From assembly GCA_048939465.1 (NCBI GenBank), contig JBHLPL010000116.1:1-5906 (forward strand): 5,906 nt of DNA, given 5' to 3'. The position numbers were made by a program, and so were the translations under genes. Origin of the DNA: Promethearchaeota archaeon (GTDB taxonomy: Archaea; Asgardarchaeota; Odinarchaeia; Odinarchaeales; JBHLKK01). Shown piece after piece: positions 1 through 3,775 of the stretch. Positions within the stretch are counted from its first letter, which is position 1; every line of letters starts with the position of its first letter. The notes below the pieces were generated by a model. It had not been told where the DNA came from and made no database searches. It saw only the letters and a list, made by a program, of their open reading frames with translations.

Positions 1-2
1 AA

Positions 3-251
3 GTGGGCTCGATCTTCGAAGCGCTAGGGTATCTCATACACAGAAGGCTCATAGACAAAGATTTTGTCTGTGATGTTATAGGCGAATCAACCATGATGAG
101 TTGGGAAAAGGTCAAACCGATGATAGAAGACGCTAGAGAACAGCTGGGTCGGCGAATATCGGGTGAATATCTCCCTGTATTCAAATGGTGGGAATACATC
201 TATAGCGAAGTGAAAAAAAGTTGTACTAGTTACCATACTAGTACACGGTGA
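3..251 (+). CDS. DUF4760-like hypothetical protein, C-terminal part (5' end outside the window)
   Basis: The frame is open from the window edge. IFEALGYLIHRRLIDKDFVCDVIG..WEKVKPMIEDAR...F.WWEYIY resembles the DUF4760 pattern (FE.lG.lv..glid.....W....p.I...R.....f..fe.l), judged from memory. The stop TGA (249-251) lies inside the terminal GTGAAC of an IS right end. Confidence 0.65.
   Translation: MGSIFEALGYLIHRRLIDKDFVCDVIGESTMMSWEKVKPMIEDAREQLGRRISGEYLPVFKWWEYIYSEVKKSCTSYHTSTR
213..245 (-). terminator. Perfect 9-bp hairpin followed by a U7 tract on the minus strand
   Basis: TGTACTAGT (222-230) and ACTAGTACA (237-245) form a perfect inverted repeat with a 6-nt loop. The + strand A7 at 213-219 reads as T7 two nt after the stem on the minus strand, directly downstream of the IS right end at 248. 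Confidence 0.5.
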
Positions 252-340
252 ACCGCTCCCAACTTCCGCAGGGAGCTTCCTGCTTCATTCATTCCCCGAC
301 GGGATATATCTGACAGGCTCTACGGACAGTTCCTGCCCTA
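248..340 (-). mobile_element. IS200/IS605-family right end with TnpB omegaRNA (HgcC/sotRNA-like) scaffold; orphan, no tnpB
   Basis: The minus strand reads GGGCAG-GAA-CTGTCC GTAGAG CCTGT...TCCC-GTCG-GGGA..TGAA GCAGG AAG CTCCC-N10-GGGAG CGGTTCAC, the typical architecture at tnpB 3' ends. Guide tetramer GAAG (279-276) and terminal TCAC (251-248) satisfy all three pairings of the IS608 G_R/C_R rule. One frame reads DLGQELSVEPV, like a TnpB C-terminal tail. No matching left end was found in 340-565. Confidence 0.8.
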
Positions 341-408
341 AATCTTTACGTTTGCGAACTGGTGAGTGTTACCTCGACTCAATTCCATATGCTTGTCTTG
401 AAAACAGG

Positions 409-416
409 TATTTAAG
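409..416 (-). promoter_or_regulatory. Possible archaeal TATA box (CTTAAATA) driving the minus-strand omegaRNA-like transcript
   Basis: It resembles the TTWAWATA consensus. A start about 25 nt downstream (~385) would give a transcript of ~150-170 nt ending at the 213-245 terminator. This rests on motif and position only. Confidence 0.3.
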
Positions 417-565
417 CTCCTCGCAATTCATATCCTCCCTCTCGGATTGAATCTCCTTGGGGAGAAAAAGATAAAGTTCCCTAATAATATCACTAGTAAA
501 GGAGTAATCTAAAATAGCTGAATGGAAAAGATAATTTCTAGGTGCACGTTCGGAGTTGAAATGCT

Positions 566-1561
566 TTGAGGAGAATAACTGCCGTTCAATATGGTTTGGG
601 ACCAATAGGTTGCATGATTGCCCGATTGGCCAGCAAAAGAGGAATTGAGATCATAGGGGGGATCGATATCGATAAGCAAAAGATAGGAAAGGATGTTGGT
701 CAAGTTATTGGAATAGATCCTCTTGGCGTAAGAGTCGCCAATAATGCAACAGAATTCTTATCAAAAAGGAAACCAGATATAGTCTACCTGACTACCGTAT
801 CCTGCCTTAAGGATCTTATGCCTCAGCTCGATCAATGCATTGATGCGGGCGCAAACGTAATTTCTACGGCAGAAGAACTCGTTTATCCGTACGCTCAACA
901 TCCGGAGTTGAGCATCAAAATAGATGAGAAGGCGAAAAAGAGACAAGTTACAGTATTGGGTACTGGAATAAACCCTGGCTTTCTTTTCGATACCTTCATC
1001 GTATCTATAGCTGGCCTCTGTGAGAGTATTAACAAGATCAAATGTATACGCGTACAAGATGCGGCAAAAAGAAGACTGTCTCTTCAAAGGAAAATTGGGG
1101 CGGGTCTTTCTAGGGAGGAATTTGAAACTCAGATTCTGAGCAAAAGGGGTCATGTTGGTTTTATTGAATCTATAAGAATGATCGCAGATTCCCTGAAGTG
1201 GAATGTGGAGAAAATCTCGCAGGAAATGGAACCAATAATGGCGGAAAGGAGTGTCAAGAGTAACTACATAGAGGTTGAATCCGGCAAAGTTGCTGGAATC
1301 AAACAGACAGCAAGGGCCCATGTAGATGGAGAAGAAAGGATAGTTCTTGAAATACAATTCTACATAGGAGCCGAGGACCCTCATGATTCCATAAGTATCG
1401 AGGGGTCACCTCCGATACAATTCCACAACAAGACAGGGATAGATGGCGATGTTGCGACAACCGCCCTGGCTGTAAATATGACATCAAAAGTCATTGAAGC
1501 ATCTCCAGGTCTAAAAACCATGCTTGATCTTCCACTTTCATCTGACATTCTCAAACTATGA
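566..1561 (+). CDS. NAD(P)-dependent amine dehydrogenase, 2,4-diaminopentanoate dehydrogenase (Ord)-like / DapB-like N-terminal Rossmann domain, 331 aa
   Basis: TTG start with GGAGTT at 552-557. It has a Rossmann GLGPIG, an acidic beta2 end (GIDID), VISTAEE (the catalytic Glu motif of native AmDHs), GTGINPGF and GHVGF. RVQDAAKRRLSLQRKIGAG differs from the canonical Ord RVND motif, so the substrate is uncertain. Confidence 0.85.
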   Translation: MRRITAVQYGLGPIGCMIARLASKRGIEIIGGIDIDKQKIGKDVGQVIGIDPLGVRVANNATEFLSKRKPDIVYLTTVSCLKDLMPQLDQCIDAGANVISTAEELVYPYAQHPELSIKIDEKAKKRQVTVLGTGINPGFLFDTFIVSIAGLCESINKIKCIRVQDAAKRRLSLQRKIGAGLSREEFETQILSKRGHVGFIESIRMIADSLKWNVEKISQEMEPIMAERSVKSNYIEVESGKVAGIKQTARAHVDGEERIVLEIQFYIGAEDPHDSISIEGSPPIQFHNKTGIDGDVATTALAVNMTSKVIEASPGLKTMLDLPLSSDILKL

Positions 1562-1573
1562 TCTGACTAAGAG

Positions 1574-1579
1574 GGAGGT
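1574..1579 (+). promoter_or_regulatory. Orphaned Shine-Dalgarno (GGAGGT), probably the original RBS of the aminotransferase
   Basis: It lies 12 nt after the dehydrogenase stop. GGAGG ends 7 nt before the element boundary at 1586, where no start codon now follows. Confidence 0.6.
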
Positions 1580-1585
1580 TCATCA

Positions 1586-1646
1586 GTAAACTATCCCTCC
1601 TTGCGGAATGGGCCTGTAAACTACTCCTCCCTTCTGGAAGGAGCCT
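1586..1646 (-). repeat. Head-to-tail imperfect tandem duplication (30 + 31 bp) of the right-end hairpin plus TAGTTTAC
   Basis: On the + strand, 1586-1615 GTAAACTATCCCTCC-TTGCGGAATGGGCCT and 1616-1646 GTAAACTACTCCTCCCTTCTGGAAGGAGCCT match at 24 of 31 aligned positions. Both fold on the minus strand (GCAA and AGAA loops). Confidence 0.85.
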
Positions 1647-1760
1647 ATGACTATGCTAGACCTTGATTCCCTTGCGTGCTTTAGCCTCATCACACGCCAA
1701 ATCAGGGGCGGTTTACAGCGCCCCAGCCCGGCAATCCGCGTATGACGTCGGACTACGGAG
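1586..1760 (-). ncRNA. Putative TnpB omegaRNA scaffold
   Basis: The hairpin GGGGCG-CTGTAAAC-CGCCCC (1724-1705) has an 8-nt loop complementary to the terminal GTTTACAG (1621-1614), consistent with a pseudoknot. Further stems are TGATT/AATCA, GCGTG/CACGC and TCCG/CGGA. One frame reads GAVNRP*, resembling the TnpB C-terminal tails that overlap this scaffold type. The 5' boundary is uncertain. Confidence 0.65.
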
Positions 1761-1899
1761 TTTAACTTACCTACCTGCATCGGTTGTTAACCATTTCCAC
1801 ATAAGAGAGATGTGTGCCTTTAGATCTATTAGTACGTATGGCACAAACTTATCTAAGGATCCCTCAATTTACCTCCGTTCTTTCGGGCGGAGTCTCCTT

Positions 1900-1905
1900 G
1901 AGGTG
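1900..1905 (+). promoter_or_regulatory. Shine-Dalgarno GAGGTG of the aminotransferase, located within the element's left end
   Basis: A perfect archaeal-type SD 6 nt upstream of ATG 1912, at positions +7..+12 of the inferred left end. Confidence 0.75.
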
Positions 1906-1911
1906 GTTAGA

Positions 1912-3222
1912 ATGAAGAAATTTGAAGAATATGAGAATATGACTCCTACCTCCAAGAAATTGTACGAGAAGAGCAAGAAGTTGCTTCCGGGGGGCGTAAG
2001 TCACAACATACGGTTTTTCCGTCCCTACCCTTTCTTCACAAGCAAGGCGCAAGGAGCATACCTCTGGGATGAAGACGGGAATAAATACATTGACTTCTGG
2101 ATGGGTCATATGGCTTGTATTCTGGGCCACGCCCATCCTGCGGTAGTAAAGGCCATCAAAGAGATATTGCCCTCTGGGATACACTGGGGGACTGTCAACA
2201 AGATTGCACTAAGACTGGCCGAAAAGGTGAATGCTGTCGTACCATGCGCTGAAATGGTTAGGTTCTGTAATTCGGGCACCGAAGCCACAATGTATGCTAC
2301 CCGTATAGCGAGAGCTTTTACGGACAGAACTACTGTAATCAAAATGGAGGGAGGCTGGCACGGAGGAAATACCGACCTAATGATTGGTGTGGGTCCTCCG
2401 TACAACAAACCGGACACCGTGGGTCTTCCCTATAGAATCTCTGATTGTATCAAACTTGTTCCCTTCAATGATATCCCTAACAGTATGGAGGTTCTCAGAA
2501 GTGTTGGAGATAAACTGGCTTGTGTGATTGTTGAGCCGGTTTTGGGGGCAGGCGGCGTAATCCCTGCAGATAGAGAGTATCTCGGAATGCTTAGGGAAAT
2601 TACCAGAGACCTTGGAGCTCTTTTGATTTTTGATGAGGTGATAACTGGATTCAGGCTCAGCTTGGGTGGGGCTCAGCAACATTATGGGATTGTTCCCGAT
2701 ATGGCAACCCTAGGAAAAATACTCGGTGGAGGTGCTCCGATAGGCGCCGTAGTAGGAAAGAAAGAGATTATGGAGATGGCGGCTCCCGTTGAAAGAGAAG
2801 ACAATAAGGTTTGGATTGGCGGTGGAACCTTCTCCATGAACCCTCTTACAATGTCTGCTGGTCTTGCTACTTTAGAGTTTCTGCAAGGTAATCCAAATAT
2901 CTACTACAGAATCGAAAAGCTGGGAGAAGAAGTTCGGCAGGAATTGGACAATATCTTTGTCAAATATGGCGTGGTGGCTAAGACAAGCGGTATCAAGTCT
3001 TTGTTCGCGATACACTTTCTAAAGAGACTTATAGAACTCAGAAATCCTCGTCAGTATCTAGGGTTCGTAGATCGGGAAAAAGAAGCAGAATATTATCTCC
3101 GCCTTTTGAAACACGGGGTTTTCTTTCTGCCGGGACACAGTGGATCGATTTCCTGTGCACACTCTGAAGAGGAGATTGAAAGATTGCTGGAGGCAACTAA
3201 AGAGGTGGCAAAAACAACTTAA
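1912..3222 (+). CDS. Class III PLP-dependent aminotransferase, glutamate-1-semialdehyde 2,1-aminomutase (HemL)-like, 436 aa
   Basis: Motifs are GAYLWDEDGNKYIDF, ILGHAHP, RFCNSGTEAT, IVEPV, LIFDEVITGFR, TLGKILGGG (PLP-binding Lys269, codon 2716-2718) and GTFSMNPL. The start is set at 1912 by the SD and by the fact that homology begins there; the 1663-1911 extension is non-coding. The divergent motifs (MGHMA, GGWHGG) make true HemL function uncertain. Confidence 0.88.
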   Translation: MKKFEEYENMTPTSKKLYEKSKKLLPGGVSHNIRFFRPYPFFTSKAQGAYLWDEDGNKYIDFWMGHMACILGHAHPAVVKAIKEILPSGIHWGTVNKIALRLAEKVNAVVPCAEMVRFCNSGTEATMYATRIARAFTDRTTVIKMEGGWHGGNTDLMIGVGPPYNKPDTVGLPYRISDCIKLVPFNDIPNSMEVLRSVGDKLACVIVEPVLGAGGVIPADREYLGMLREITRDLGALLIFDEVITGFRLSLGGAQQHYGIVPDMATLGKILGGGAPIGAVVGKKEIMEMAAPVEREDNKVWIGGGTFSMNPLTMSAGLATLEFLQGNPNIYYRIEKLGEEVRQELDNIFVKYGVVAKTSGIKSLFAIHFLKRLIELRNPRQYLGFVDREKEAEYYLRLLKHGVFFLPGHSGSISCAHSEEEIERLLEATKEVAKTT

Positions 3223-3247
3223 CTCCGAGATTCTCGTTACTATTTGT

Positions 3248-3619
3248 CTAGATCCACATACTCGCTTCTTCGGCGGTTCTGGACAGCTTCCAGAAGTATT
3301 CTCTGTCTTCGCTAACAACTAGCATGATTTCATTAGTTAATCTAACTGGAAAAACATAAAGTCTTTTGAAGTAGTGCTTGAATGCCATCATAATTGTGGG
3401 ACGTGCAGACGGATCCAAAATAACCTTCCTCAAATTCCTGTTCTCAACATACTGGTTAACTAACTGTTCCGCCTCTCCCCTATCGATCCTGTATTCTGTT
3501 GGATTGTTCCTTAGCTCTCTAACCTTTCTATCCCACTTGACGAGGATATCTCTGAAGATTCTTCCAACTCTCAGCTTCTGTAACAACTGTTGCTCAGAAT
3601 CTATCGAAATTGTCTCCAA
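3248..3619 (-). CDS. Hypothetical protein (~123 aa; likely TTG start at 3619, open frame extends to 3691)
   Basis: It fills the gap between the convergent aminotransferase stop (25-bp gap) and the divergent TPR gene, and has a charged, protein-like composition. GAGGAGG directly precedes TTG, and a BRE/TATA-like motif lies upstream. No family was recognised. Confidence 0.65.
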   Translation of the reverse strand: METISIDSEQQLLQKLRVGRIFRDILVKWDRKVRELRNNPTEYRIDRGEAEQLVNQYVENRNLRKVILDPSARPTIMMAFKHYFKRLYVFPVRLTNEIMLVVSEDREYFWKLSRTAEEASMWI

Positions 3620-3652
3620 CCTCCTCGCGCTTATTATTAAGACTATGTTCAG

Positions 3653-3665
3653 CCTTATAATCTTT
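3653..3665 (-). promoter_or_regulatory. Probable archaeal BRE-TATA (AAAGA-TTATAA-GG) for the hypothetical gene
   Basis: A purine run followed by TTATAA, about 35 nt upstream of TTG 3619. Confidence 0.4.
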
Positions 3666-3775
3666 ATGGTTGATAGAGATGAAATAATCAATTATGGTAA
3701 ATTCCAAACAGTTCTTATGAACCGAAATGGTTATTTTGCAACTTCCTGATAAAGAAATCAAGGTGAAACTATCAT

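Larger units (their letters stand above)
1586..1911 (-). mobile_element. Non-autonomous IS200/IS605 mini-element (326 bp): left end, TnpB omegaRNA-like scaffold and tandem right ends
   Basis: Left end: on the minus strand TCAT (1915-1912) is followed by the element start at 1911, GAGA at +16..+19 and the hairpin CTCCG..CGGAG starting at +20 (1892-1873). This is the IS608 spacing, and GAGA predicts a TCNT target by the IS608 pairing rule. Right end: CTCCTTCC-AGAA-GGGAGGAG-TAGTTTAC ends at 1616, with a diverged copy ending at 1586. The empty site gives GGAGG-ttcatca-ATGAAG. Confidence 0.78.

Noticed and set aside
340-565. A dedicated left end for the 248 right end
   Set aside because: I tested each NTGA in this interval as a target. 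None has a matching guide tetramer at +16..+19 with a hairpin at +20. The TCTCC/GGAGA hairpin at 452-465 lacks that geometry.
369-605. 78-aa minus ORF, including a 20-aa sub-ORF (431-369) preceded by GGAGG
   Set aside because: No TnpB or TnpA motifs, and it overlaps the dehydrogenase start. The 20-aa peptide cannot be supported without homologs.
1586-1646. CRISPR array
   Set aside because: Only two diverged copies, no spacers, and no cas genes in the window.
1586-1760. IscB omegaRNA/HEARO reading on the + strand (GTAAACTAC...GTTTACAG...CTACG)
   Set aside because: IscB 5' ends resemble reverse-complemented TnpB right ends, so some similarity is expected. The G-U pairs, the GCAA tetraloop, the GAVNRP tail and the left-end geometry all favour the minus strand, and no iscB follows. 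Not fully excluded without a covariance-model search.
1565-1770. SRP RNA, RNase P RNA, hammerhead ribozyme (CTGATGA at 1586-1580, minus), C/D-box sRNA, or Moco/TPP/cobalamin riboswitch
   Set aside because: The required partner motifs are missing or out of order: no GGAAGG-AGCA helix 8, no GAGGAAAGUCC, no stem II with GAAA after CUGAUGA, and no correctly spaced C/D'/C'/D set.
1583-1780. 65-aa minus ORF as a tnpB remnant
   Set aside because: No RuvC or zinc-finger motifs; the TnpB-like GAVNRP is in another frame that is full of stops.
1663-1911. 83-aa N-terminal extension of the aminotransferase in the ORF track
   Set aside because: It has no similarity to class III aminotransferases, overlaps the structured mini-element, and a strong SD precedes ATG 1912.
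3378-3749. 123-aa + ORF with IIIVGRADGSKIT resembling a P-loop
   Set aside because: It does not fit GxxxxGK[ST] and is an antisense shadow of the better-supported minus gene.
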